Both the position numbers and the translations under genes were made by a program. From sequence record NC_028927.1: a DNA stretch of 64,000 bases; one strand, given 5' to 3'. Shown here piece by piece: positions 37,369 through 50,200 of this stretch (position 1 is the stretch's first letter; the number at the start of each line of letters is the position of its first letter). The notes beneath the pieces were generated by a model. It saw only the letters and a list, made by a program, of their open reading frames with translations, did no database searches and was not told where the DNA came from. The stretch comes from Escherichia phage slur02.

Positions 37369-37442
37369 TCTCCATACAAGGATTTGAACCTTGGACCTCC
37401 TGATCCCAAATCAGGCGCTCTACCAAACTGAGCTACACGGAG
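37369..37442 (-). tRNA. tRNA-Pro (anticodon UGG), no encoded CCA
   Basis: Anticodon stem CCTGA/TCAGG with loop UUUGGGA; 3' end only 2 nt from tRNA-Ser 5' end. Confidence 0.7.
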
Positions 37443-37452
37443 TAAATTAAAT

Positions 37453-37526
<74 letters not shown>

Positions 37527-37531
37527 AAATT

Positions 37532-37618
37532 TGGTGCGAGAAGTGGGACTCGAACCCACAAGGAAATCATTCCGCAGCATTTTAAGTGCTGTGCCTTTAC
37601 CAATTTGACCATTCTCGC
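37532..37618 (-). tRNA. tRNA-Leu (anticodon UAA), long variable arm, CCA encoded
   Basis: Anticodon stem CAGCA/TGCTG with loop CUUAAAA; acceptor GCGAGAA/TTCTCGC. Confidence 0.7.
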
Positions 37619-37619
37619 G

Positions 37620-37692
37620 CTGGGAATAAAGGACTCGAACCTTTGCATCCTGGAATCAAAATCCAGTGCCTTACCAACTTGGCTAATTCCCA
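37620..37692 (-). tRNA. tRNA-Gln (anticodon UUG), no encoded CCA
   Basis: Anticodon stem CTGGA/TCCAG with loop UUUUGAU; 3' end 1 nt from tRNA-Leu 5' end. Confidence 0.7.
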
Positions 37693-37789
37693 ATTATTAA
37701 CAAAGGCTCTTTAGCAAGAACCCTTGATGATAGAGGGTATTAATCAGTGCGGTATGAGTTAATAATAACAAATAATTCTTAAAGCATAT

Positions 37790-38083
37790 TTACCATTTAT
37801 GATAATACATATTTACGATGCATTCAAGACCCAAAGGATTCTTGAAAATATCATATTCAAGAGGACCTTTTTCTGTTTCAATAAAGAAATCAAAATTTAC
37901 TGTATTAAATTTACGGTCTTCCTTCACTAATTTAACTTGAGAAGATGAACGGTCAACATAAACCTTTTCAACTTCAAAACATGTTAAAATGCCATAATCA
38001 TCAATCAAGGCTTTAGCTGCTTCTTGATCATATTTATATCCATTTTCAATGGATGATACTTTAGCATAAAGAATCATTATCAA
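37790..38083 (-). CDS. Hypothetical protein
   Basis: ORF track 97 aa. Confidence 0.45.
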   Translation of the reverse strand: MIMILYAKVSSIENGYKYDQEAAKALIDDYGILTCFEVEKVYVDRSSSQVKLVKEDRKFNTVNFDFFIETEKGPLEYDIFKNPLGLECIVNMYYHKW

Positions 38084-38502
38084 CCTTCATCAACAATAGT
38101 ATGAGTATGGGCATTTACAATTTGCCACCAATCAAAGCGATTAGAACCATACATCGGTTTGTTTTCATTTTCTTTGATAATATCACGAAGTTCATCTTCA
38201 GTAGCGGCTTTCGCGATTAAATCAGCATATCCACCACGAGGATAATAATTATCACCTGCAAAAAGTAAAAAGTTTGGTTTAATGTTATTGAACTCTTCAA
38301 GAGTAATAACTGTTCCTGATGGTAGTTGAACAATCTCTACATATTTATATCCTAATTTTTGAGCAGCATCTACTGCTTCAAGCAAAGTATCATGAGCCCA
38401 TCCAATTTGACAACCTGGCTTTTCAGATGGATTAGCCTGATAATCCGCGTACACTTTATACATTCTATTCACCTTTAGAAATTTTATCCGTAACGACAGC
38501 AA
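38080..38502 (-). CDS. Hypothetical protein
   Basis: ORF track 140 aa. Confidence 0.5.
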   Translation of the reverse strand: MLSLRIKFLKVNRMYKVYADYQANPSEKPGCQIGWAHDTLLEAVDAAQKLGYKYVEIVQLPSGTVITLEEFNNIKPNFLLFAGDNYYPRGGYADLIAKAATEDELRDIIKENENKPMYGSNRFDWWQIVNAHTHTIVDEG

Positions 38503-38650
38503 TTAAACCAATTAAAAATGCTACTACAAGTGAAAAAACATTTTCTGCTGTAGTTAATAATCCGCATATAAATCCAACAAACATTGAAAAACTAAAAGCA
38601 GAAGCAGAAATTGCAATAGCAACATTTCGAATTAATTCACAGCGTTTCAT
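38465..38650 (-). CDS. Hypothetical small membrane protein
   Basis: 61 aa, single hydrophobic helix; promoter at 38679-38707. Confidence 0.4.
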   Translation of the reverse strand: MKRCELIRNVAIAISASAFSFSMFVGFICGLLTTAENVFSLVVAFLIGLIAVVTDKISKGE

Positions 38651-38678
38651 TTTATTCTCCTCAGTAGTTGATAGGGTA

Positions 38679-38707
38679 ATAGTATCACTACTAAAACCCT
38701 ATGTAAA
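38679..38707 (-). promoter_or_regulatory. Early promoter with conserved leader variant
   Basis: Minus strand GTTTACA-17-TACTAT then TACCCTATCAAC. Confidence 0.55.
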
Positions 38708-38720
38708 CAACTTTGTGAAA

Positions 38721-39417
<697 letters not shown>

Positions 39418-39418
<1 letters not shown>

Positions 39419-40143
39419 TATAGTACCTTTAGTGTATTTTTAATTTTAGAAAAAAGTTCTTCAAGAGAACCATCGTTTGTAATTACTAAATCGCCATCAC
39501 GAATTGGCAATCCAGCTTCTGTAATATGTGTATCATTGGATTTTTGACCAGGACGAACTACATGAATTACTGTAGCACCCATCGCCCTAGCCGCATCCAT
39601 TTCATGATCTTGACGAGTATCAGGAACGATATAATAATCATAACCTGAGTTAAATTTATCAAGATAATCTAAAGCAAATAATTTTACCCAGTACATGCGG
39701 TCGAAGTTATTAACAATCAAATCCGTACCTAGGGCTTGCATCAGACGACGGACTGACCATTGATCTTCAATATTATTTATAACGTCAATAATCTTGTTAA
39801 TTGCTACAGAATTAACTGATTCTTGTCCTTCGTCATCAAAAACAAACACACCCTTAATTGGGCTTTTACCGTTAAGATAGCAAAATGCTTGTTCCATAAT
39901 CGTGATTACTTCTGATTTAGTCAGATTTAAATTAGTCTCACGATCATAGTCAATTCCTTCAAACTCTTTACGAGTTAAGCAAGGATAGTCAGTGTTTTCT
40001 GCAAATACGCCCCATGCATAAGCCAATGCATCCTTAATAGGACCAGCAAGTTGGTATTTAACTGCAGAATAATTGCTCATGATAAAATCAGCAGTAGTAT
40101 CTTTTCCACTACGCTTTACACCGCTTAAAAAGATTAGTTTCAT
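39418..40143 (-). CDS. 1: Deoxynucleoside monophosphate kinase
   Basis: 241 aa from MKLIFLSGVKRSGKDT (P-loop); ORF track adds 13 N-terminal residues. Confidence 0.9.
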
Positions 40144-40192
40144 GTGTTTCTCCTCAAATTTAATTAAGATTATAACACACAAAACTGAAGCA

Positions 40193-40723
40193 TTAAACTT
40201 CTGCTATAATTTTTCCATCTTTTTCTACTTGAAAATATGTGTAAGGAATCGTTGCAGTACATACTAAAGCCGGGTCTGAATCTTCTGTGTAGCTAAATTC
40301 TACTTCAGATAGGTCAGAAACCCAAGGCTTATAAAAATTTATTGACATCACGATTTCAGTTTTGCTATTATCTAAGATGTAAAGCGTAATGTACTCAGGA
40401 CCTGTTTTTTGGGCAGTATTTTCACCTGTAAGATAGTTGCTAGTTCCTAGCATCCATTCATACATTCCTATCCACGACTTAAGTTCTTCATCAACTATAA
40501 ATCTCACAATGAGTGGATCATACTCAAATGTAACACCTGGACGTTGTGCTCGGCCCAGTCCAAACGGCCCAGTCACGGTATCAGTAACAGGTATTCTAAT
40601 TCCTGGAATAGGAACTGACTGAGCATTTAAAGTAAAAGCAGATGTAGTATTACTATGTGGTATTGATACTACAAAGTTAGTTGTATTTGCTTGGTTAAAA
40701 ATTTGTTGCAGAGCTTGCGACAT
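40193..40723 (-). CDS. 3: Tail tube terminator / sheath stabiliser gp3
   Basis: 176 aa from internal Met (MSQALQQIF...); size and position as T4 gp3. Confidence 0.85.
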   Translation of the reverse strand: MSQALQQIFNQANTTNFVVSIPHSNTTSAFTLNAQSVPIPGIRIPVTDTVTGPFGLGRAQRPGVTFEYDPLIVRFIVDEELKSWIGMYEWMLGTSNYLTGENTAQKTGPEYITLYILDNSKTEIVMSINFYKPWVSDLSEVEFSYTEDSDPALVCTATIPYTYFQVEKDGKIIAEV

Positions 40724-40829
40724 ATATTCCTCATAATGCTTTATAACTGTTGGTGGTATAATGGGTCTAAGTCCCTTCCATTCAATTCCATTTAGAACAA
40801 ACAACAGAAAAGAATGGAAGATAATAGAA

Positions 40830-41654
40830 TTAAATATTTGACCAGACTTTGTTTGCAGAGAAACGTTTTCCTTTTGAAACGAACTGCTGAAGTGGCATCA
40901 ACACAACGTTCGCCCAGTCTTTCGGGGCGATTTCAACAAGGCTACCCATAATATTACCAGGTATATATGCCTTAATCATTTGGTCTGCGCCCCTAAATCC
41001 TTTCACTTGACTCCAATCAATTTTTAATTTCGTTTTATTAGTAATAGTAGGTGTATTTGCATATTGCTTTAAAAGCTCTTCTAGGAATTGCTGACGAGCT
41101 TTAGGTGGAATATAGTGCAAGTTTAATCCGTACATTAAGTTATGCTTACCTAAACCAAGATAAATTATCAAAGGAAATTTATCCCAGTAAGGAAGAGTTT
41201 CCTTGTGTTTAGCATCATAAGCAAAAGCATATATTCGTCCCGGCTGCGGGCGAACAACTTTATGTCCTTTTACTTGCTTAATAGTTTCAGCAAACCATTT
41301 TCTGGTTTTATTATTAATTGCTGCGCCTTCATTACGAATTTTATCACGCAATGTTTGTCTGAATGAATTTATCATAAGCAGTTGTCTTTCTTGCTTATTG
41401 AGCTTATTCATTGGTTTTGATTCAAGCTTTTGAATCTTTTCAGCCGTTTTAATTCCCGAAGCATATTTTGACATTGCCGAAGTAAACGTAGAGTATTTGA
41501 TTCCTCTTTCTTCAGCAAATTGCTTTCCTGTCATTCCTTTTGCTTTGGCCTTTTTATATTCAAGACCTATTTGAATCCATTTCTTTTCGTTTAATGATTG
41601 CTTAACCTTTGGAACTTGGGGAGTGCTTTCATTAATTATTTGAAAAATAGCCAT
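40830..41654 (-). CDS. 2: DNA end protector gp2
   Basis: 274 aa, basic; size and order as T4 gp2. Confidence 0.85.
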
Positions 41655-42106
41655 TATGCCCCCTTAAAGCCAAGAGCTCGTAATCCATCTTCTGTTAGAA
41701 TTCTAAATTTTATTCCACGCTTTTCAGCTAAAGATTGTGCTGCTTTCCATTTGTCGGTATTAACGGAATATGTATAAATTTCATTCATAAATCTTTTCTT
41801 CGCTGCAGTTGTTAGATGTGCTGGTTTAACTGGTGGTTGTGTTTCTTTTTTAGGTTTTATTTCAATAAAAAATTCTTGTCCAGAAGAATCTTTCATCCAA
41901 ATATCCATGAAGTATCTACGTTTTTTCCCTTCGGCATTACAAAAATAAGGAATTACTGCTGTTTCACTACCCCATGCAATAATTTCTGGATTTTTATCTA
42001 ACCATTCAAAAAAGAATTTTTCCCAATTTGATCTATACGTAATTTTTTTAGGGTCACCTCTATACTTTGATATATTTTTAGGAACCCATTTTCCAGAATA
42101 TGCCAT
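41654..42106 (-). CDS. 4: Head completion protein gp4
   Basis: 150 aa; size and order as T4 gp4. Confidence 0.85.
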
Positions 42107-42117
42107 TGGATTCTCCT

Positions 42118-42140
42118 TATAAATAGATAATATATTTATA
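42118..42140. promoter_or_regulatory. Divergent late promoters between gene 4 (minus) and gene 53 (plus)
   Basis: TATAAATA on plus strand at 42118-42125 and on minus strand at 42133-42140. Confidence 0.6.
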
Positions 42141-42153
42141 AACAGGAGGGCCC

Positions 42154-42744
42154 ATGCTCTTTACATTTTTTGATCCGATTGAATATGCGGCCAAAACGGT
42201 GAATAAAAACGCGCCGACTATTCCTATGACAGATATTTTTAGAAACTATAAAGACTATTTCAAACGTGCTCTTGCGGGATACCGCTTACGTACTTATTAT
42301 ATTAAAGGTTCACCTCGTCCCGAAGAATTAGCAAATACTATATATGGAAATCCACAGTTGTATTGGGTTTTATTGATGTGTAATGATAATTATGACCCGT
42401 ATTATGGATGGATTACTTCGCAAGAAGCTGCTTATCAAGCATCTATACAAAAATACAAAAATGTAGGTGGAGACCAAATAGTATATCATGTGAATGAGAA
42501 TGGTGAAAAATTTTATAATTTAATATCATACGATGATAATCCATATGTTTGGTATGATAAAGGCGATAAAGCTAGAAAATATCCTCAATACGAAGGAGCA
42601 CTTGCTGCGGTCGATACGTATGAAGCTGCTGTTCTTGAAAATGAAAAACTTCGTCAAATAAAAATAATAGCAAAATCAGACATTAATTCATTTATGAACG
42701 ACCTTATACGTATAATGGAGAAATCTTATGGAAATGATAAGTAA
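42154..42744 (+). CDS. 53: Baseplate wedge protein gp53
   Basis: 196 aa; TATAAATA late promoter at 42118-42125. Confidence 0.85.
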   Translation: MLFTFFDPIEYAAKTVNKNAPTIPMTDIFRNYKDYFKRALAGYRLRTYYIKGSPRPEELANTIYGNPQLYWVLLMCNDNYDPYYGWITSQEAAYQASIQKYKNVGGDQIVYHVNENGEKFYNLISYDDNPYVWYDKGDKARKYPQYEGALAAVDTYEAAVLENEKLRQIKIIAKSDINSFMNDLIRIMEKSYGNDK

Positions 42745-44455
42745 TAACCTTAATTGGTTTGTTGGTGTTGTTGAAGATAGAATGGACCCATTAAAATTAG
42801 GTCGTGTTCGTGTTCGTGTTGTTGGTCTGCATCCACCTCAAAGAGCACAAGGTGATGTAATGGGTATTCCAACTGAAAAATTACCATGGATGTCAGTTAT
42901 TCAACCTATAACTTCTGCAGCAATGTCTGGAATTGGAGGCTCCGTTACTGGACCGGTAGAAGGAACTAGAGTTTATGGTCATTTTTTAGACAAATGGAAA
43001 ACTAACGGAATTGTCCTTGGCACGTATGGTGGAATAGTTCGCGAAAAACCGAATAGACTTGAAGGATTTTCTGACCCAACTGGGCAATATCCTAGACGTT
43101 TAGGAAATGATACTAACGTACTAAACCAAGGCGGAGAAGTAGGATATGATTCGTCTTCTAACGTTATCCAAGATAGTAACTTAGACACCGCAATAAATCC
43201 CGATGATAGACCACTATCAGAGATTCCAACTGATGATAATCCAAACATGTCAATGGCTGAAATGCTTCGCCGTGATGAAGGATTAAGACTAAAAGTTTAT
43301 TGGGATACCGAAGGATATCCCACAATTGGTATTGGTCATCTTATCATGAAGCAGCCAGTTCGTGATATGGCTCAAATTAATAAAGTTTTATCAAAACAAG
43401 TTGGTCGTGAAATTACTGGAAACCCAGGTTCTATTACAATGGAAGAAGCGACGACTTTATTTGAGCGTGATTTGGCTGATATGCAACGTGACATTAAATC
43501 ACATTCTAAAGTAGGACCAGTCTGGCAAGCTGTCAACCGTTCTCGTCAAATGGCATTAGAAAATATGGCATTTCAGATGGGTGTTGGCGGTGTAGCTAAA
43601 TTTAACACAATGTTAACTGCCATGTTAGCAGGAGATTGGGAAAAAGCATATAAAGCCGGTCGTGATTCATTGTGGTATCAACAAACAAAAGGCCGTGCAT
43701 CCCGTGTTACCATGATTATTCTTACGGGGAATTTGGAATCATATGGTGTTGAAGTGAAAACTCCAGCTAGGTCTTTATCGGCAATGGCTGCGACTGTAGC
43801 TAAATCTTCTGACCCTGCTGACCCTCCTATTCCAAATGACTCGAGAATTTTATTCAAAGAACCAGTTTCTTCATATAAAGGCGAATATCCTTATGTGCAT
43901 ACAATGGAAACTGAAAGCGGACATATTCAGGAATTTGATGATACCCCTGGGCAAGAACGATACAGATTAGTTCATCCAACTGGAACTTATGAAGAAGTAT
44001 CACCGTCAGGAAGAAGAACAAGAAAAACTGTTGATAATTTGTATGATATAACCAACGCTGATGGTAATTTTTTGGTAGCCGGTGATAAAAAGACTAACGT
44101 CGGTGGATCAGAAATTTATTACAACATGGATAATCGTCTTCACCAAATAGATGGAAGCAATACGATATTTGTTCGAGGCGATGAAACTAAGACGGTTGAA
44201 GGTAATGGAACTATCCTAGTTAAAGGTAATGTTACTATTGTAGTTGAAGGTAATGCTGACATTACAGTTAAAGGAGATGCTACCACTTTAGTTGAAGGTA
44301 ATCAAACTAATACAGTAAATGGAAATCTTTCTTGGAAAGTTGCTGGGACAGTTGATTGGGACGTTGGTGGTGATTGGACAGAAAAAATGGCATCTATGAG
44401 TTCTATTTCATCTGGTCAATACACAATTGATGGATCGAGGATTGACATTGGCTAA
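42728..44455 (+). CDS. 5: Baseplate hub / tail lysozyme gp5
   Basis: 575 aa; central lysozyme domain EMLRRDEGLRLKVYWDTEGYPTIGIGHL parallels gene e; C-terminal VEGNxT beta-helix repeats. Confidence 0.95.
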   Translation: MEMISNNLNWFVGVVEDRMDPLKLGRVRVRVVGLHPPQRAQGDVMGIPTEKLPWMSVIQPITSAAMSGIGGSVTGPVEGTRVYGHFLDKWKTNGIVLGTYGGIVREKPNRLEGFSDPTGQYPRRLGNDTNVLNQGGEVGYDSSSNVIQDSNLDTAINPDDRPLSEIPTDDNPNMSMAEMLRRDEGLRLKVYWDTEGYPTIGIGHLIMKQPVRDMAQINKVLSKQVGREITGNPGSITMEEATTLFERDLADMQRDIKSHSKVGPVWQAVNRSRQMALENMAFQMGVGGVAKFNTMLTAMLAGDWEKAYKAGRDSLWYQQTKGRASRVTMIILTGNLESYGVEVKTPARSLSAMAATVAKSSDPADPPIPNDSRILFKEPVSSYKGEYPYVHTMETESGHIQEFDDTPGQERYRLVHPTGTYEEVSPSGRRTRKTVDNLYDITNADGNFLVAGDKKTNVGGSEIYYNMDNRLHQIDGSNTIFVRGDETKTVEGNGTILVKGNVTIVVEGNADITVKGDATTLVEGNQTNTVNGNLSWKVAGTVDWDVGGDWTEKMASMSSISSGQYTIDGSRIDIG

Positions 44456-44984
44456 TATACTTCCAATGAGCGCTGATTTAGGAGAATCCATGGAAGGTTC
44501 TTCTATCGACGTCACCTTTACCGCTCAATTAGAAACAGGTGAAACGTTAGTATCTATAAATATAACTAGTTACGAAGAAACTCCTGGGGTTTTAGTAGAA
44601 GAAAATCGCTTATACGGAACATATGAATCTGTGTTTGGATTTGGAAATGACGCGTTGAAATATCGTTTAGGTGATGAATTTAAAACTGCTGCTTCATGGG
44701 AAGAACTTCCTACTGATTCTGACACTCAGTTGTATTTGTGGAAAGCTCCTAAAAACCTCCAGAAGACATTCACTTACGAAGTAACATTAATATATGACTA
44801 CCAAGAACAAAGTGAATCTGGAGGTTCTGGCAGTAATTCTAGGTCATCTTCTGATACTACTGAACCAACGGATCCTCCTGCTCCAATAAGAAAAACTCTC
44901 GTTAAAAATTATACTAAAACTATAGTTGGAAATTGGAGTCGTTGGGCTAATAAACTGAGAAGCTATGTGTATGAGAGGCCATAA
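44427..44984 (+). CDS. 5.1: Hypothetical protein in the gp5.1 position
   Basis: 185 aa; lies between gene 5 and the PAAR gene. Confidence 0.55.
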
Positions 44985-45278
44985 ATGTCAGGATTAAGTT
45001 ATGATAAGTGTGTTACTGCTGGCCATGAAGCGTGGCCTCCAACAGTTGTGAATGCTACACAAAGTAAAGTATTCACTGGAGGAATTGCTGTTCTAGTAGC
45101 AGGCGATCCAATTACAGAACATACAGAAATTAAAAAGCCATATGAAACACATGGCGGAGTGACACAACCTAGAACTTCTAAGGTATATGTCACAGGAAAG
45201 AAAGCTGTTCAAATGGCTGATCCAATATCATGCGGTGATACTGTGGCTCAGGCATCATCTAAAGTATTCATTAAATAG
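44985..45278 (+). CDS. 5.4: PAAR-repeat spike-tip protein gp5.4
   Basis: 97 aa; compact Gly/Val-rich fold, size and position as T4 gp5.4. Confidence 0.8.
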
Positions 45279-45286
45279 GATTTAAA

Positions 45287-47269
45287 ATGGCAAATACCCC
45301 TGTAAATTATCAATTAACAAGAACAGCAAATGCTATTCCCGAGATATTCGTCGGGGGTACGTTTGCTGAAATAAAACAAAACCTCATTGAATGGCTTAAT
45401 GGCCAAAATGAATTTTTGGATTATGATTTTGAAGGCTCAAGATTAAACGTTCTGTGTGACCTTTTGGCTTATAATACGCTGTACATTCAACAGTTTGGTA
45501 ATGCTGCTGTGTATGAAAGCTTTATGCGTACTGCTAACTTACGAAGTTCAGTTGTTCAAGCTGCACAAGATAACGGATATTTACCTACTTCAAAATCCGC
45601 TGCGCAGACCGAAATTATGTTAACATGCACCGACGCATTGAATAGGAATTACATTACTATTCCTCGCGGAACTCGCTTTTTAGCATATGCAAAAGATACT
45701 TCTGTTAATCCATATAACTTCGTTTCTACCGAAGACGTTATTGCCATTCGTGATAAAAATAACCAATATTTTCCGCGTTTAAAATTGGCCCAGGGACGTA
45801 TAGTAAGAACTGAAATCATTTATGATAAATTAACACCTATTATCATTTATGATAAAAATATTGATAGAAACCAGGTTAAATTATATGTTGATGGAGCGGA
45901 ATGGATTAACTGGACGAGAAAGTCAATGGTTCATGCTGGTTCAACATCAACGATTTACTATATGCGTGAAACTATTGATGGAAACACTGAATTCTATTTT
46001 GGCGAAGGTGAAATTTCTGTTAATGCTTCTGAAGGAGCTTTGACCGCTAATTATATCGGAGGTCTTAAACCTACCCAGAACTCTACGATTGTTATTGAGT
46101 ACATCAGTACTAACGGTGCAGATGCGAATGGCGCAGTCGGATTTTCATATGCAGATACATTAACAAATATAACTGTCATCAATATTAATGAAAATCCAAA
46201 CGACGACCCAGATTTTGTCGGAGCAGATGGCGGCGGTGATCCAGAAGATATTGAGCGTATTCGCGAATTGGGTACTATTAAACGCGAAACTCAGCAACGA
46301 TGCGTAACTGCGACTGACTACGATACATTCGTTTCAGAGAGATTTGGTTCTATTATTCAAGCTGTTCAGACTTTCACTGATTCTACTAAACCTGGGTATG
46401 CATTTATTGCTGCTAAACCTAAATCAGGATTGTATTTAACTACTGTGCAACGTGAAGATATTAAAAATTATCTCAAAGACTATAATTTAGCTCCTATTAC
46501 GCCATCAATTATTTCTCCTAATTATCTTTTTATTAAGACTAATTTAAAAGTCACATATGCTTTAAATAAACTACAAGAATCCGAGCAGTGGCTTGAAGGT
46601 CAAATAATTGATAAAATTGATCGTTATTATACCGAAGATGTAGAAATTTTTAACTCGTCTTTCGCTAAATCTAAGATGTTAACTTATGTAGATGATGCAG
46701 ATCATTCTGTCATTGGTTCATCAGCGACTATTCAAATGGTTCGTGAAGTACAAAACTTCTATAAAACACCTGAAGCAGGTATTAAATACAATAATCAAAT
46801 AAAAGATCGTTCTATGGAATCTAATACGTTTTCATTTAATTCTGGACAAAAGGTTGTAAATCCTGATACTGGTTTAGAAGAAGATGTATTATATGACGTT
46901 CGTATAGTATCAACAGACCGAGATTCTAAAGGAATTGGTAAAGTTATTATTGGTCCATTTGCTTCTGGCGATGTTACAGAAAATGAAAACATTCAGCCAT
47001 ATACAGGCAATGATTTTAATAAATTAGCAAATTCTGATGGACGCGACAAATACTATGTTATCGGTGAAATAAATTATCCGGCTGACATGATTTATTGGAA
47101 TATCGCTAAAATTAATTTAACATCTGAAAAATTTGAAGTTCAGACTATTGAATTATATTCTGACCCAACCGATGATGTTATCTTTACTCGCGATGGTTCA
47201 CTGATTGTATTTGAAAATGACTTACGTCCACAATACTTAACTATCGATTTGGAGCCTATATCACAATGA
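45287..47269 (+). CDS. 6: Baseplate wedge protein gp6
   Basis: 660 aa; size and order as T4. Confidence 0.85.
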   Translation: MANTPVNYQLTRTANAIPEIFVGGTFAEIKQNLIEWLNGQNEFLDYDFEGSRLNVLCDLLAYNTLYIQQFGNAAVYESFMRTANLRSSVVQAAQDNGYLPTSKSAAQTEIMLTCTDALNRNYITIPRGTRFLAYAKDTSVNPYNFVSTEDVIAIRDKNNQYFPRLKLAQGRIVRTEIIYDKLTPIIIYDKNIDRNQVKLYVDGAEWINWTRKSMVHAGSTSTIYYMRETIDGNTEFYFGEGEISVNASEGALTANYIGGLKPTQNSTIVIEYISTNGADANGAVGFSYADTLTNITVININENPNDDPDFVGADGGGDPEDIERIRELGTIKRETQQRCVTATDYDTFVSERFGSIIQAVQTFTDSTKPGYAFIAAKPKSGLYLTTVQREDIKNYLKDYNLAPITPSIISPNYLFIKTNLKVTYALNKLQESEQWLEGQIIDKIDRYYTEDVEIFNSSFAKSKMLTYVDDADHSVIGSSATIQMVREVQNFYKTPEAGIKYNNQIKDRSMESNTFSFNSGQKVVNPDTGLEEDVLYDVRIVSTDRDSKGIGKVIIGPFASGDVTENENIQPYTGNDFNKLANSDGRDKYYVIGEINYPADMIYWNIAKINLTSEKFEVQTIELYSDPTDDVIFTRDGSLIVFENDLRPQYLTIDLEPISQ

Positions 47270-50200
47270 CAGTAAAAGCACCTTCAGTCACTAGTCTCAG
47301 AATTTCCAAGTTATCCGCAAATCAGGTGCAAGTACGCTGGGATGACGTTGGTGCTAATTTCTACTATTTTGTAGAAATCGCTGAGACAAAAACAGACTCG
47401 GGGGAAAATCTCCCGAGTAATCAATACAGATGGATTAACTTAGGATATACTGCAAATAACAGCTTCTTTTTTGATGATGCTGATCCATTGACATCATACA
47501 TTATCAGAGTAGCTACAGCTGCGCAAGATTTTGAGCAGTCTGATTGGATTTATACCGAAGAGTTTGAAACTTTTGCTACAAATGCTTATACATTTCAAAA
47601 CATGATTGAAATGCAATTAGCCAATAAATTCATTCAGGAAAAATTTACTCTTAATAATTCTGATTATGTTAATTTTAATAATGACACTATAATGGCTGCA
47701 TTGATGAATGAATCATTTCAATTCAGCCCATCGTATGTTGATGTTTCATCAATAAGTAATTTTATTATTGGTGAAAATGAGTATCATGAAATACAAGGTT
47801 CCATTCAGCAAGTATGTAAGGATATTAACCGAGTTTATTTGATGGAATCAGAAGGGATTCTATATCTTTTTGAGCGTTATCAACCCGTGGTTAAAGTATC
47901 TAATGATAAAGGACAAACCTGGAAAGCTGTAAAGCTCTTCAATGACCGTGTAGGATATCCTTTATCTAAGACAGTATATTACCAATCTGCGAACACTACA
48001 TACGTTCTAGGATACGACAAGATTTTCTATGGCCGCAAATCTACTGATGTTAGATGGTCAGCCGATGATGTCAGATTTAGTTCTCAGGATATAACATTTG
48101 CTAAACTTGGCGACCAACTTCATTTAGGATTTGATGTAGAAATTTTTGCCACTTACGCGACTTTGCCAGCGAATGTATACCGCATTGCAGAAGCTATTAC
48201 TTGCACCGATGATTACATTTACGTTGTCGCCAGAGACAAAGTTAGATACATAAAAACGAGTAATGCACCTATAGATTCTGATCCATTATCTCCAACATAT
48301 TCGGAAAGACTTTTTGAACCTGATACTATGACTATAACCGGAAATCCTAAAGCGGTATGCTATAAAATGGATTCTATCGGTGATAAAGTTTTTGCTCTTA
48401 TTATTGGTGAAGTTGAAACATTAAATGCTAATCCTAGAACATCAAAAATAATTGATTCCGCTGATAAAGGAATATATGTTTTAAATCATGACGAAAAAAC
48501 ATGGAAAAGAGTTTTTGGTAATACCGAAGAAGAAAGAAGACGTATTCAACCCGGATATGCGAATATGTCAACTGACGGTAAATTAGTTTCTCTGTCTTCG
48601 AGTAATTTTAAATTTTTAAGTGATAATGTTGTTAATGACACTGAAACTGCAGCAAAATATCAGTTAATTGGTGCTGTCAAATATGAATTTCCTCGTGAAT
48701 GGCTAGCTGATAAGCATTATCATATGATGGCATTTATAGCGGATGAAAAATCTGATTGGGAGACTTTTACTCCTCAACCAATGAAATACTACGCAGAACC
48801 GTTCTTTAACTGGTCTAAAAAATCTAACACACGCTGTTGGATAAACAACTCCGATAGGGTTGTAGTAGTTTATGCTGATTTAAAATACACTAAAGTTATA
48901 GAAAATATTCCGGAAACATCACCAGATAGATTAGTTCATGAATACTGGGATGATGGCGATTGTACTATAGTAATGCCAAATGTTAAATTCACTGGATTTA
49001 AAAAATATGCATCTGGGATGCTTTTCTATAAAGCCTCTGGTGAAATAATTTCTTACTATGATTTTAACTATCGTGTGAGAGATACAGTAGAAATTATTTG
49101 GAAGCCAACTGAAGTATTTTTAAAAGCATTTTTACAAAACCAAGAGCATGAAACTCCTTGGTCGCCTGAAGAAGAGCGTGGATTGGCTGACCCTGATTTA
49201 AGACCATTGATTGGCACAATGATGCCTGATTCTTATTTGTTGCAGGATTCGAATTTTGAGGCATTTTGCGAAGCATATATTCAGTATCTTTCTGATGGAT
49301 ATGGAACTCAGTATAACAATTTACGAAATTTAATTCGTAACAAATATCCACGAGAAGAGCATGCATGGGAATATTTGTGGTCAGAGATATATAAAAGAAA
49401 CATTTATTTAAATGCTGACAAACGTGATGCTGTTGCAAGATTTTTCGAATCACGTAGCTATGATTTTTATTCTACTAAAGGAATTGAAGCATCATACAAG
49501 TTTCTTTTTAAAGTTCTTTATAATGAAGAAGTTGAAATTGAAATTGAATCTGGGGCTGGTACTGAATATGACATAATCGTTCAATCTGATTCTTTGACTG
49601 AAGATTTAGTAGGACAAACGATTTATACAGCCACAGGAAGATGTAATGTTACTTATATAGAAAGAAGTTATTCTAATGGTAAATTGCAATGGACCGTAAC
49701 TATTCATAATCTTTTGGGAAGATTAATTGCTGGTCAAGAAGTTAAAGCAGAAAGACTCCCTAGTTTTGAAGGCGAAATTATTCGTGGAGTTAAAGGAAAG
49801 GATTTGCTTCAAAACAATATAGACTATATTAATAGAAGTCGATCATATTATGTAATGAAAATTAAATCCAATTTACCTTCTTCCCGTTGGAAATCTGACG
49901 TTATTCGTTTTGTTCATCCAGTAGGATTTGGATTTATAGCAATTACACTTTTAACAATGTTTATTAATGTTGGTTTAACTCTTAAACATACAGAGACTAT
50001 AATTAATAAATACAAAAACTATAAATGGGATTCTGGATTGCCTACTGAATATGCTGATAGAGTAGCTAAATTAACTCCAGCTGGTGAAATTGAGCATGAT
50101 TCAGTAACAGGCGAAGCAATTTATGAGCCTGGCCCAATGGCTGGTGTAGAATATCCTCTTCCTGATGACTATAATGCTGAAAATAATAATTCAATATTTC

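Noticed and set aside
42728-45278. Gene 5 - 5.1 - 5.4 as a possible novel toxin-delivery module
   Set aside because: The lysozyme domain, beta-helix and PAAR cap match the established T4 cell-puncturing device; 5.1 is unassigned but sits in the conserved position.
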